The translations under genes and the position numbers were made by a program. Shown piece by piece: positions 1 through 8,822 of a stretch of DNA of 64,000 bases; the stretch's first letter is position 1; every line of letters starts with the position of its first letter. The notes below the pieces were generated by a model, which had not been told where the DNA came from, did no database searches, and saw only the letters and a list, made by a program, of their open reading frames with translations. Source of the stretch: a virus (lineage: Duplodnaviria; Caudoviricetes); the IMG/VR virus record IMGVR_UViG_3300017721_001026, positions 1-64,000 of that record; one strand, given 5' to 3'.

Positions 1-249
1 AAGTAACCATTGCCAGTTGGTCACAAACTCATTTGCCCAAATAGTGCAGGGATGATTACGAAAAGCACCCTTCTCAGTAGCATAGGGAGTACCGTCTGCT
101 CTGGGAAGAGTGCCGAAGTTATGTCCCCATTTATTAGAACATACAATAGCAAGCATCTGACAGGTCTCTAGAGGCATCTTAACGATGTGCTTATCAGGGA
201 GAACCCGTGCAGATTTATATGGATCTGGGTCTGTAACAAAGATATTCAT
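1..249 (-). CDS. Pyrimidine-dimer DNA glycosylase / endonuclease V-like protein (partial, runs off the window)
   Basis: Manual translation from ATG at 249: MNIFVTDPDPYKSARVLPDKHIVKMPLETCQMLA...FRNHPCTIWA. The MNIF..D.D....A....DKH..KM.LE..Q and HP...W motifs are typical of the DenV/Pyr_excise-like family. ATGA overlap with the upstream stop. Confidence 0.7.
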   Translation of the reverse strand, partial: MNIFVTDPDPYKSARVLPDKHIVKMPLETCQMLAIVCSNKWGHNFGTLPRADGTPYATEKGAFRNHPCTIWANEFVTNWQWLL

Positions 250-506
250 AGCACTTTAGAAATTGAGATTGCCAGCAGGAATGATATCATTATAACCACA
301 TCCCACGACTTTGTGCGAACAAAGTAAGGAACTGAAATAAGGTCAGCAATTAAATTGATATACACACCCACCATAACATCAACATGAGTTATAGTAAAGT
401 ATGCAACAATAACTCCAATACTTCCAATAATTCTTAAAGTAACATCAGGAGTTATCTGTAGTTTGAGTTCAGAAGTTTTCTGCATGTATGATCTTTTGGT
501 GAACAT
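246..506 (-). CDS. Small hydrophobic (membrane) hypothetical protein; true start may be downstream of 506
   Basis: ORF track; three hydrophobic segments; ATGA coupling to the next gene. Confidence 0.65.
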   Translation of the reverse strand: MFTKRSYMQKTSELKLQITPDVTLRIIGSIGVIVAYFTITHVDVMVGVYINLIADLISVPYFVRTKSWDVVIMISFLLAISISKVL

Positions 507-1042
507 CCAGTATGGATATATCGACCATCAAAAATAACCAAACGATTTGGTTTTGGAGTGATGGACTCTTTTATAGTAAAACTATTAATATTATTTCCAT
601 TTACTTGAGATCCAACATCTCTCTCATTAAAGATGATAGTATTACCATCGGTTTCATTTATATAAAAAATTGATGAATAGTGAAATTGTCCAGGATAATC
701 AACATGAGGTCCATGAATAGCACCATCTACAGTTTGTGTACATAGATCTGCCCTGACTCTCATAATCTCCTTCACACCAAGATAAGATTTTACCTTTAGA
801 GCAAAGGGATAAATGAAATCACCTTCTCTAGATCTCGACTTATCTTTGTCAATAAGGGTATTAGAAAAACCTTGAGTGGGTTTAATCTCACCATTTATGC
901 TGAATTTCTTTTGACTAGTATAAGTAGAATCTCCACTATAATACCAGGGAAAATCATCATCATTCATGACAGTATTCACTATGAAGTCAAAGTAAGACTC
1001 GTCGAGAAAATCATCAATGACTTCAACAAATTTAGTCCTCAT
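452..1042 (-). CDS. 2OG-Fe(II) oxygenase superfamily protein
   Basis: HxD motif (PHVD), ..FYIN..DG.T, PK.NRLVIFDG..IH, distal R..LN.N. Confidence 0.85.
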   Translation of the reverse strand: MRTKFVEVIDDFLDESYFDFIVNTVMNDDDFPWYYSGDSTYTSQKKFSINGEIKPTQGFSNTLIDKDKSRSREGDFIYPFALKVKSYLGVKEIMRVRADLCTQTVDGAIHGPHVDYPGQFHYSSIFYINETDGNTIIFNERDVGSQVNGNNINSFTIKESITPKPNRLVIFDGRYIHTGCSPKDHTCRKLLNSNYR

Positions 1043-1706
1043 AAGAAGAATCTGGTTCTAGAGCAATCCAATAGGTAAGGTTTTTATCAGAGTTGACAAA
1101 CTTAGATAGGAGTTTCTTAGAAATAGAAACTTGATAACTACCAGGAAGAATCTTAATATTTTCTACCTTGAAATTGAAACTAAAAATGTTCTCGGTCTCA
1201 CCAACAATAATAGAGAAGTCATTAGAAGTATCATTCTTACGATCAGATACAACTAACTTGACAACACCATTCTCACCAACAACAGATAGATCTGGAAGTT
1301 GATATACAGCAGATGCCTTAAGAAGTTTGTCCAGTTGCTGAGTATTGAGATCAAAAGAGATTTCTTCAGAAGTCAGAATAATATCTTTCTCAGGAGGACT
1401 GATAATTACATTGGGATCAGCAAAGAAATACTTAGAACGCATCTTTCCTTCACGAATGACCATGTAAGAATCATTCTCAATATCAAGTTCGGGACTCTGA
1501 TGCAAACTTAAACCATTAAGAAACTGGTTAAGATCGTAGATACCAAAGTCTTTGGGGAAGTCTTCAGTCACTTCAACTTCAGCAAGAATGTTCTTCATCA
1601 CACTGATAGTACGAAGTCTCTTGCCCTCCTTGAATAAAAGGGACTGATTAATATTAGAAAAGTTTTTGAGAATATTAACAGTTGAATCAGAAAGTTTCAT
1701 AATCAC
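1032..1706 (-). CDS. g45: DNA polymerase sliding clamp (T4 gp45)
   Basis: MKLS..T..ILKNF..INQS N-terminus, FGIYDLNQFL, YWIALE C-terminus. Confidence 0.95.
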   Translation of the reverse strand: MIMKLSDSTVNILKNFSNINQSLLFKEGKRLRTISVMKNILAEVEVTEDFPKDFGIYDLNQFLNGLSLHQSPELDIENDSYMVIREGKMRSKYFFADPNVIISPPEKDIILTSEEISFDLNTQQLDKLLKASAVYQLPDLSVVGENGVVKLVVSDRKNDTSNDFSIIVGETENIFSFNFKVENIKILPGSYQVSISKKLLSKFVNSDKNLTYWIALEPDSSYED

Positions 1707-2202
1707 CTTTAGGTTGCTTGTGTAGACCAGAGAAATGGTAGAGAAGGATGCAATAATGAATTGCTTTCAGAATGTCTTGTTTAGACTTTCCACCCTTCTT
1801 ACCAAAACGAGAAAGATATTTAATAGCATTTGATCGGCAGAATGGTTCTGCATCACCAATTGCTTCGATAAGATCTAAAGTTTGTGTTTTAGATTCTTTA
1901 GATGTGTAGTGTGCATTGTAAGTTTGAGATAGGTACTCACGAACCTCCTTCATAGTCAAATCCTCTTCATACTTCCAAAAACCATTGTTTGAAAGTTGAT
2001 CAAGATTTAATTCAATTCGGTCTTCACTCATAGATGAAATCGGTACATTGATATTATTAAGAGCATTCCCAAAGTCGAGATAATCTTCTTCAAGAATTGG
2101 TCGGTCGTCTGCTAAAGGACGACCATCGTTATTAAAGTAATTCATTTCGTTTTCACTTAATCCATACATTTCGTCGTAAAGCATACTCCAAGAATTAGTC
2201 AT
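1687..2202 (-). CDS. DUF3310 / T7 gp1.7-like (putative nucleotide kinase) protein
   Basis: HY...QTLDLI.....F..SNAIKYLSR.GKK...DILKAIHY motif. Confidence 0.7.
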   Translation of the reverse strand: MTNSWSMLYDEMYGLSENEMNYFNNDGRPLADDRPILEEDYLDFGNALNNINVPISSMSEDRIELNLDQLSNNGFWKYEEDLTMKEVREYLSQTYNAHYTSKESKTQTLDLIEAIGDAEPFCRSNAIKYLSRFGKKGGKSKQDILKAIHYCILLYHFSGLHKQPKGDYETF

Positions 2203-2222
2203 AATAAACCTTTGTTATTATA

Positions 2223-3335
2223 TCAGAAGTCAATGGTGTTGTCAATTGTCTCGGTACTAGCATCAGATGTCAGTTGAAAGTCGGCATCGATTTTGTCATA
2301 AAGTTCAATAAAAGATTGCTTGGTCTCATCATCAAACCGTGCGGTGCAAACATCAATTGCTTTTTCTTTATTGTCAAAAATACTGTAAGCACGAATGATG
2401 TGGACAAGACGACGAGTTGAGATGACTTCATCTACACCACCATCATAGAAGGTCTTACGAATAATGTCAGCCCAATCCACAAGACGTTTGCAGAAGTCAC
2501 GATCTTCAACTCCAGCATCTAAGGCAACACCATCAAGGATTTTTTGTTCCGTTGAGGGAGAAGGATACATCTGATCAAAAGTAACAGGAAAACGTTCAAG
2601 GAATGCTTCATTAAGAACATTTGTTCCAATGAAACGACCGTCTTCAGAACCCTTACCTTTAGTGTTAGCAGTAGCAACTACTTGGAATCCTGCGGCAGGT
2701 TTGATAAACTTACCAATCTTCTTCAGAAAAACACCCTTGCCCTCAAGAATAGACTGGAGACATAGAATTTTGTTGGATGCCAGATCAATTTCATCAAGAA
2801 GAAGTACAGCACCTCTTTCAAGTGCTTCAATAACAGGACCATTGTGCCAGACGGTATTACCATCAATAAGTCGGAATCCACCAATAAGATCATCCTCATC
2901 AGTTTCAATAGTAATGTTTACTCGAATTAGTTCTCGTCCCAATTGAGCACATGCTTGCTCCACAGAGAACGTCTTACCATTACCTGAAAGACCCGTAATG
3001 AACGTAGGGTAAAATAGATTGGACTTAATAATTTTTTTAATATCACTAAAGTTACCAAACTGGACGAAGGTATCATCTTTTGTAGGAATAAGATTTTGCT
3101 CTACAGCAGGAAGTGCAGCAGGAGAATTGTAGGTCACTTCTAGTTCCTGAATAGTTTCCTTTACAACTTCCAAATTCCACTTACCACGACCAACTTTGAA
3201 ATCAACCATCTTGTTGGTAGTAGTTTGATAGTTAGTTCCATTCATAGCACACCATGCACGAATATCAGAGCTAGTGACTTGATTGCCATACAATGCCTGA
3301 AGAGAAGTGCGAATATACTCGGAAGAAACGGTCAT
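2223..3335 (-). CDS. cobS: CobS-like MoxR-family AAA+ ATPase
   Basis: Walker A GLSGNGKT, Walker B LLLDEID, ATANTKG, NEAFLERF, ISTRRL; adjacent to a vWA partner. Confidence 0.9.
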   Translation of the reverse strand: MTVSSEYIRTSLQALYGNQVTSSDIRAWCAMNGTNYQTTTNKMVDFKVGRGKWNLEVVKETIQELEVTYNSPAALPAVEQNLIPTKDDTFVQFGNFSDIKKIIKSNLFYPTFITGLSGNGKTFSVEQACAQLGRELIRVNITIETDEDDLIGGFRLIDGNTVWHNGPVIEALERGAVLLLDEIDLASNKILCLQSILEGKGVFLKKIGKFIKPAAGFQVVATANTKGKGSEDGRFIGTNVLNEAFLERFPVTFDQMYPSPSTEQKILDGVALDAGVEDRDFCKRLVDWADIIRKTFYDGGVDEVISTRRLVHIIRAYSIFDNKEKAIDVCTARFDDETKQSFIELYDKIDADFQLTSDASTETIDNTIDF

Positions 3336-3357
3336 TTGGGTTGTTTGAACTGAGGTT

Positions 3358-3415
3358 ATTATAGTCTAGAATTTGGGTCAGTTTCATCATTAGAGGACAG
3401 TTTGGAAAGTGGTAT
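3358..3415 (-). promoter_or_regulatory. Putative early promoter for cobS: 22-bp imperfect dyad plus TATAAT
   Basis: Dyad aggacagtttggaaagtggtat (3394-3415) lies 30 bp from the minus-strand TATAAT (3358-3363); same spacing as at 5673-5730. Confidence 0.65.
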
Positions 3416-3526
3416 TCCTTTATGTTTCAACATACAAGCACTCCGTGCCCATGCCCTAGAAAGACTAGTGACATCAGCACAGAGTGTGTCAAATTTACCA
3501 CAGTAAGGACAAGATCTCTTAGTCAT
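3359..3526 (-). CDS. Small hypothetical Cys-rich protein (55 aa, CPYC motif)
   Basis: Manual translation MTKRSCPYCGKFDTLCADVTSLSRAWARSACMLKHKGIPLSKLSSNDETDPNSRL*; ATG overlaps the cobT TGA (ATGA coupling). Confidence 0.5.
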   Translation of the reverse strand: MTKRSCPYCGKFDTLCADVTSLSRAWARSACMLKHKGIPLSKLSSNDETDPNSRL

Positions 3527-5649
3527 GCAATCAATGAAACAAACTCATTAAGAACTTTTTTGTTCGATTTTTTAGTCTTTAAAGATTTGACAAAAGCAGA
3601 CTTAATCTTTGCTTTTGTTGCACCATCATCAACTTCAAATTCTGCCTGATTGGAAAGATCGGATCCAGCAAGTCCAATATATGTATGATAACCAGAGTTT
3701 TTAATCATAACACAACGTTCTTTCCTCCACTTCACTTTTAATAATTCAGTATCTTCCCACGACTTTGAATAGAGACGAATGAAGGAACCAGAATCACGTC
3801 CTTCTAAAATACGAATACCTAAGAAATTTGTATTTGGAAAATTATCTTTTAAGTTGGTAAGGAGAAGATTTGTGAAGGACACATATGCAGAATCATGATA
3901 ATTAGTAACTTTGTATGTGCTGCCAATCTTACGATCACGAATATAGCAGTTAGCATTTAGTCGTCTAGTTCCAATACGTTCTTCACCACTTGGATATGTA
4001 ACTTCAACATGACGACTACAAGGTGCTGCTTCACCATCAGTTAGAATAATACATTGCACCTTCTCAAGGAAATACTTTTTCTTAAATGATGGAATAATAT
4101 TGTGGAGAGAAATTAATGCTTCATTCAAAGGAGTTCCAGAAAGACTCATACGGGAAGGAGGAGTATAATCAACATATCTACTAAAAGAGAATGCAATGCG
4201 ATACATTGTTTTCATTTGATTTTCAAGAACTCGATTATTAACATCACTGGTAAGAACATTCATCATAGAGAATTGATCATTCACCACGAGCAATCCATCT
4301 TTCTTTTCATAGTGAGGTTCAGGATAAACAGGATTATTATTTTCATCCCAAGTCACATAATTATACTCATTTGTAAAAGCATACACATCAAAAGGAATTG
4401 ATACCTTGCGACAGAACCAAATTAGATTAAACAATTGCTTCATAGTATCAAGCATTACATGTCCCATAGAACCAGACCAATCAAGAACAAAAACTAGTCC
4501 ATGATTCTTACCATCGGGAAGGACAGTTATTTTCTTGAATAAATCCTCGTTATATTTGTAAGTATGAAGTTTGGATGTGTCAAGAACTCCAGTTCTAGAC
4601 GTAGAAGAACGAGCATATGCACTTGCAGACTTTCTACACTCAAATTCTTTTACAAGATAATTGACTTCTTTTTGTGCTGATTTTTTAAACTTATCATAGT
4701 CAGTATCTACCCAATCAAAACTATGTTCATTGAAATTGTTCTGCAACTTCCATTGATCATCACAAAGTTTATGAATTTCTTTGTTAGAGGAAACGACTGT
4801 CTCTAGATTGAGATTTGGAATACCTAGATATGTTGTTTCACTATACTCATTATCCGCACCACGGTCATCTATCAAATCACTAATAGAATCTTGAAGGTTC
4901 TCAGCAGTCTTTACCTCTAGATTAGAAGATCCTCCGTCAGAAGAAGATTCAATCTCTGGCATAGAATCTTCACCAGATTCACCCTGATCAGAAGTCTCAG
5001 TTGATTCTGTATCTAATTCACCATCATCAGAATTGGAAGTATTTTGATTTTCAGAAGAACCAGAAGATCCTTGAATAGGAGCAGGTAAAATCTCACTCAA
5101 GTTATTATCTTGATTCTTACAATAGTTATATAATTCTTCGGCAACAATCAGAACATCTGCAAAAGTCTCACAATCAGCAATTGCTTTGATCAAACGACTT
5201 TCTTCTGGATTGTGAAAAGGAATTTTTACATAGTTACCAATCTTGAAGTAAAGATTTGCACGATCTGCAAGATTCATTGAGGGAATATCTTCATTCTCTA
5301 GTGCAAAGAAATCTTCATCAGAAAGTTCATCGTAACCACGATAGAAAGTTTTAGCAAGTCCAGCATACTTGCGTTTCATAAGTTTTTCAATGCGAGCATC
5401 TTCCACAACATTGACAAACTGTTTAGGAGTATCCCAATCCCATTCATCGGGAGTGAAGAGAGCATGTCCAACTTCATGAGCAACTAGCATATCAAAGACA
5501 AACTCAGATGCTTTCTTCCACATTGGAAGTGTCAGAACCCGAGTGTGTACATTGAACATTGCAGTCTCAACATGACGATGTTCAACAACCAGATCCTCTG
5601 TAGCAAGGAGTTTGGCAAGTTGACCCTTTACTTCAAAGTTGATGGACAT
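3523..5649 (-). CDS. CobT-like protein: HExxH metallopeptidase domain, acidic linker and vWA domain
   Basis: HEVGH...NVVEDARIE; vWA MIDAS DWSGSM, GTPL, LTDGE; partner of cobS. Confidence 0.85.
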   Translation of the reverse strand: MSINFEVKGQLAKLLATEDLVVEHRHVETAMFNVHTRVLTLPMWKKASEFVFDMLVAHEVGHALFTPDEWDWDTPKQFVNVVEDARIEKLMKRKYAGLAKTFYRGYDELSDEDFFALENEDIPSMNLADRANLYFKIGNYVKIPFHNPEESRLIKAIADCETFADVLIVAEELYNYCKNQDNNLSEILPAPIQGSSGSSENQNTSNSDDGELDTESTETSDQGESGEDSMPEIESSSDGGSSNLEVKTAENLQDSISDLIDDRGADNEYSETTYLGIPNLNLETVVSSNKEIHKLCDDQWKLQNNFNEHSFDWVDTDYDKFKKSAQKEVNYLVKEFECRKSASAYARSSTSRTGVLDTSKLHTYKYNEDLFKKITVLPDGKNHGLVFVLDWSGSMGHVMLDTMKQLFNLIWFCRKVSIPFDVYAFTNEYNYVTWDENNNPVYPEPHYEKKDGLLVVNDQFSMMNVLTSDVNNRVLENQMKTMYRIAFSFSRYVDYTPPSRMSLSGTPLNEALISLHNIIPSFKKKYFLEKVQCIILTDGEAAPCSRHVEVTYPSGEERIGTRRLNANCYIRDRKIGSTYKVTNYHDSAYVSFTNLLLTNLKDNFPNTNFLGIRILEGRDSGSFIRLYSKSWEDTELLKVKWRKERCVMIKNSGYHTYIGLAGSDLSNQAEFEVDDGATKAKIKSAFVKSLKTKKSNKKVLNEFVSLIA

Positions 5650-5672
5650 GCTTGGTTGCCTTAGATGTGCCT

Positions 5673-5730
5673 ATTATAATGGCAATACAGCCTTAGAGTT
5701 CGAGTTTCGTGCCACTTTGTGAATTGTCAC
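5673..5730 (-). promoter_or_regulatory. Putative early promoter for the cobT-like gene: 22-bp imperfect dyad plus TATAAT
   Basis: gtgccactttgtgaattgtcac (5709-5730) lies 30 bp from the minus-strand TATAAT (5673-5678). Confidence 0.65.
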
Positions 5731-5994
5731 AGGGTCGTCCTTGTGTCTAAGTCTATGACAATTAGAACAGATCAAAACACATTTGTCAATTTCTGCTTGG
5801 ACAATCTCCATGGAATATCCATCTCGAAGCAACATGCGTATTTCATCCTTTTTCAATTCTGGTATCTCGTGATGAAAATCCATACAAATTGGATCATATG
5901 TATTTCCACAATCTTGACAAGGTTTTCCAGTTTTGTAATTGGTCAACCATTGCATTCTAGCTAGGACTTTACTTTTTCTTGTTCTTTTTGGCAT
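5674..5994 (-). CDS. HNH endonuclease (possible free-standing homing endonuclease)
   Basis: CxxC (CQDC)...DFHH...CVLICSNCHRLRH. Confidence 0.85.
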   Translation of the reverse strand: MPKRTRKSKVLARMQWLTNYKTGKPCQDCGNTYDPICMDFHHEIPELKKDEIRMLLRDGYSMEIVQAEIDKCVLICSNCHRLRHKDDPVTIHKVARNSNSKAVLPL

Positions 5995-6007
5995 TTTAGG
6001 ATTCGTA

Positions 6008-6853
6008 TTATTTTAGAGTTGGATATAAGAATTGATAATACCAAGAGTAGTCTCTCAGCATTTTTTGTTGGGATCTTTGTTTTATTAAAGGAAACTTATA
6101 TGTTTCCTCTTTAGAAACTACCTTAGGTCGTATCGTATGATCACCCCAAGGTGCATATATTGAATCATTATGATGTAGTTGTTTTACATCATTCAAATCA
6201 TTTTTATAATCATCAGCACCAATGAAGTTATAGATATCAGATAATACTTTCTGAGGATTTTCCATAAAATCTTCATATCTGATGAACTTAAAGTTCTTTA
6301 GATAATTTCTTTCACAATCTAAAACTTCCTTTAATCCAAACAAAGGTGTGTACATCATATCGGTCTGTATATAAGATTCAATTCTTTTATCCATCATATC
6401 GACATCATGATATTCATCTCTATCTCCAAATGGATAAAGATCATGAGTAGATGGACTCATAATTCTATTTTCAGTTTCCATCTTTTCCAGAGAAGAAATT
6501 ACACCTCTAAGATCCCTAACAACATATAATACTTTACATGTGGGAATAAGATTAAAAAGTAGATCGAAATCTACTGCCCAACTTCTATCCTTATCAACGT
6601 AAATACTGGTATGACATAAATTTTCTAACCAAGAAGATATACCTGCCCTCATAAAGGATCTGTATAAAATCCTCATATCTTTCATTGTATGTTGAGTCTC
6701 AGTATAAACTTTCTCCGAATGCTGAGATATGTTTGTAAGAATTGAGGACAAACAGGAATCCATCTCCACAGTCATATCTGGATGTTGATGCAAAAGATTA
6801 CCTATGAGAGTTGATCCACTTCTAGGTAATCCTGCCATAGTTACAAATTTCAT
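6008..6853 (-). CDS. Sulfotransferase family protein
   Basis: 5'-PSB loop GLPRSGSTL, RD...ISS 3'-PB motif, IRYEDF..NP. Confidence 0.9.
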   Translation of the reverse strand: MKFVTMAGLPRSGSTLIGNLLHQHPDMTVEMDSCLSSILTNISQHSEKVYTETQHTMKDMRILYRSFMRAGISSWLENLCHTSIYVDKDRSWAVDFDLLFNLIPTCKVLYVVRDLRGVISSLEKMETENRIMSPSTHDLYPFGDRDEYHDVDMMDKRIESYIQTDMMYTPLFGLKEVLDCERNYLKNFKFIRYEDFMENPQKVLSDIYNFIGADDYKNDLNDVKQLHHNDSIYAPWGDHTIRPKVVSKEETYKFPLIKQRSQQKMLRDYSWYYQFLYPTLK

Positions 6854-8565
6854 GACTCAACTATCTGCGAAAAATTCTTTCTCTTCTCAAATTTGACAAC
6901 ACGATCAAACTTATCGTGAAGAGATTCTTTATGTGAAATAACAAAGATGTTAGCATCTTTGATTACAAATCGAATGATTTTAAGAAACTCATCCGTACCA
7001 AATCCATCAAGTGATGAATCAAAAATTTCATCCATAATCAAAAGATTGGTGCTAGTAGAGTTCTTGATCTTAGCAACTTCTCTCCAAGTGAACAATAGTG
7101 CTAGGTCGATACGTTGCTTTTCACCTTCAGAAAATGAAGAGTAAGAAAAGTCTTCATGAATTGGTGACTCTACAGTTTCATTAAATTCCTCATCAAGTTT
7201 GAAGTTAATATAAAACTCCATCATCTGAAGATACTTAGATACCTGCAAGTTAATCAGTGGTAGATACTTTTCAATAATCTTAGATTTTACTCCACTATCT
7301 TTTAATAGTTCATGTAGAAAATCATGGTTAGTAACTTTAAGTCTCTTTTCAGTTAAATTGTCAAATACCTTTTCGAGACTTTCTTTATACGCAGTCAACT
7401 TATCCTGCTCTTGACTCTTATTAGTTGCTTGATCATTTAGAATTTTAATCTCACGATTAAGTCCAGTTATCTGCGATTGTAGTGATGAGATCTTTGCACT
7501 ATTGGTATTAATTTTACTTTGGGACTCCGTAATAGATTTTGTAATATTATTATAAACCGTCTCACGAAATTCTTCAGACTTGATAGTATTGATGAGTTGT
7601 TCATATCCATCTTCTAACTCCTTTATTTTTGTATTTGAATTTTCCAATCGTTGTGTGCGAAAAGTCTCCTCGATTGTTTGCTCACATGTAGGGCATGTAA
7701 GATTATCCGAAAAGAAATTTTTCTCACGTTTAATAGAATCCATTTTTTGAGAAATCTTTCCTTTCAGATTTCCAAGTTTGCGAATTTTAGTCTTAGCATC
7801 CTTAACACTTTCAAGTTCTTTCTGATACTTCAAGATTTCCTTTTCTTCAATCGTATTGTCCTTATTGAAGACACCGATATCAATATTTAATTCATTGATC
7901 TTATCACCATACTTCTGCAGTGCATATCCGTCTCTAGTATCAAGTTCCTTAATAAATTTTTCTTGCATCCTAACCTTATCGGAAATTGATTCCTTTTTAA
8001 GATTCAGAACTTTAATATCTTCTCTATGTTTCCTAAGTTGATCCTTAATAATATTATTCATCGTAGAAAAAACTTTAATATCCAAGATATCTTCGATGAC
8101 TTCACGTCTACCTGATGCTGGCAATTGCATAAACGGTGTGAAATTACTACTCCCCAGAATTACAATTTGAGTAAAAGACTTATAATTCATCTTAAGAATA
8201 CTTTGCTCAAGATATTTCTGCTGATCATTTGCAGATGCTGCTTGATCTAGAAGTTTTCCATCTCTATAAATCTCAAAAATATTTGGTTTAATACCACGAA
8301 CAATATTCCAGTCTACTGATCCAATTCTAAAACTAATATCTACAACACAATCTTTCTCATTTGTAGAGTTAATAAGTTGCGGTTTGTTAATCTTACGGAA
8401 AGATTTTCCAAACAGAACAAATGTCAGTGCATCAAGGATAGTTGACTTCCCTGCACCATTCGTTCCAATAATTAAACTGTTTTGACATTCATCAAGTTGG
8501 ACTTCGGTAAATTGATTACCAGTTGAGAGAAAGTTTTTCCAACTAATTTTTTTAAAATAAATCAT
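6850..8565 (-). CDS. g46: Recombination endonuclease subunit, SbcC/Rad50-like (T4 gp46)
   Basis: GTNGAGKS, zinc hook CPTC, signature FSEGEKQRIDL, MDEIFD, ISH. Confidence 0.96.
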   Translation of the reverse strand: MIYFKKISWKNFLSTGNQFTEVQLDECQNSLIIGTNGAGKSTILDALTFVLFGKSFRKINKPQLINSTNEKDCVVDISFRIGSVDWNIVRGIKPNIFEIYRDGKLLDQAASANDQQKYLEQSILKMNYKSFTQIVILGSSNFTPFMQLPASGRREVIEDILDIKVFSTMNNIIKDQLRKHREDIKVLNLKKESISDKVRMQEKFIKELDTRDGYALQKYGDKINELNIDIGVFNKDNTIEEKEILKYQKELESVKDAKTKIRKLGNLKGKISQKMDSIKREKNFFSDNLTCPTCEQTIEETFRTQRLENSNTKIKELEDGYEQLINTIKSEEFRETVYNNITKSITESQSKINTNSAKISSLQSQITGLNREIKILNDQATNKSQEQDKLTAYKESLEKVFDNLTEKRLKVTNHDFLHELLKDSGVKSKIIEKYLPLINLQVSKYLQMMEFYINFKLDEEFNETVESPIHEDFSYSSFSEGEKQRIDLALLFTWREVAKIKNSTSTNLLIMDEIFDSSLDGFGTDEFLKIIRFVIKDANIFVISHKESLHDKFDRVVKFEKRKNFSQIVES

Positions 8566-8821
8566 GCTCTTCGGGCGGAACCACTAACTCATCACTACCA
8601 ATAATAGCATACATGTAACCATGTTGACTACATGTTTCAAACAACAAATCTTCTTCAACTTCAACAGATCTCATCTTAGGAGAACCACTTTCTTCAAGCA
8701 TCATAACAAAACGTTCGACATCATCCTCCTTTTCCCAGATGTATAGGATGTTTTCACCATTTTCATCTGCTACAGAATATGCACCTCTATCTTCTTCTCC
8801 GTCTATTACAATGATATACAT
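8552..8821 (-). CDS. Conserved hypothetical protein (DUF3110-like) between g47 and g46
   Basis: Acidic 89-aa ORF ending in LVVPP; tightly packed between g47 and g46. Confidence 0.7.
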   Translation of the reverse strand: MYIIVIDGEEDRGAYSVADENGENILYIWEKEDDVERFVMMLEESGSPKMRSVEVEEDLLFETCSQHGYMYAIIGSDELVVPPEEHDLF

Positions 8822-8822
8822 G

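Noticed and set aside
3336-3522. tRNA or structured ncRNA in the cobT-cobS gap
   Set aside because: No cloverleaf or T-loop motif seen; the gap is explained by a small ORF and a promoter
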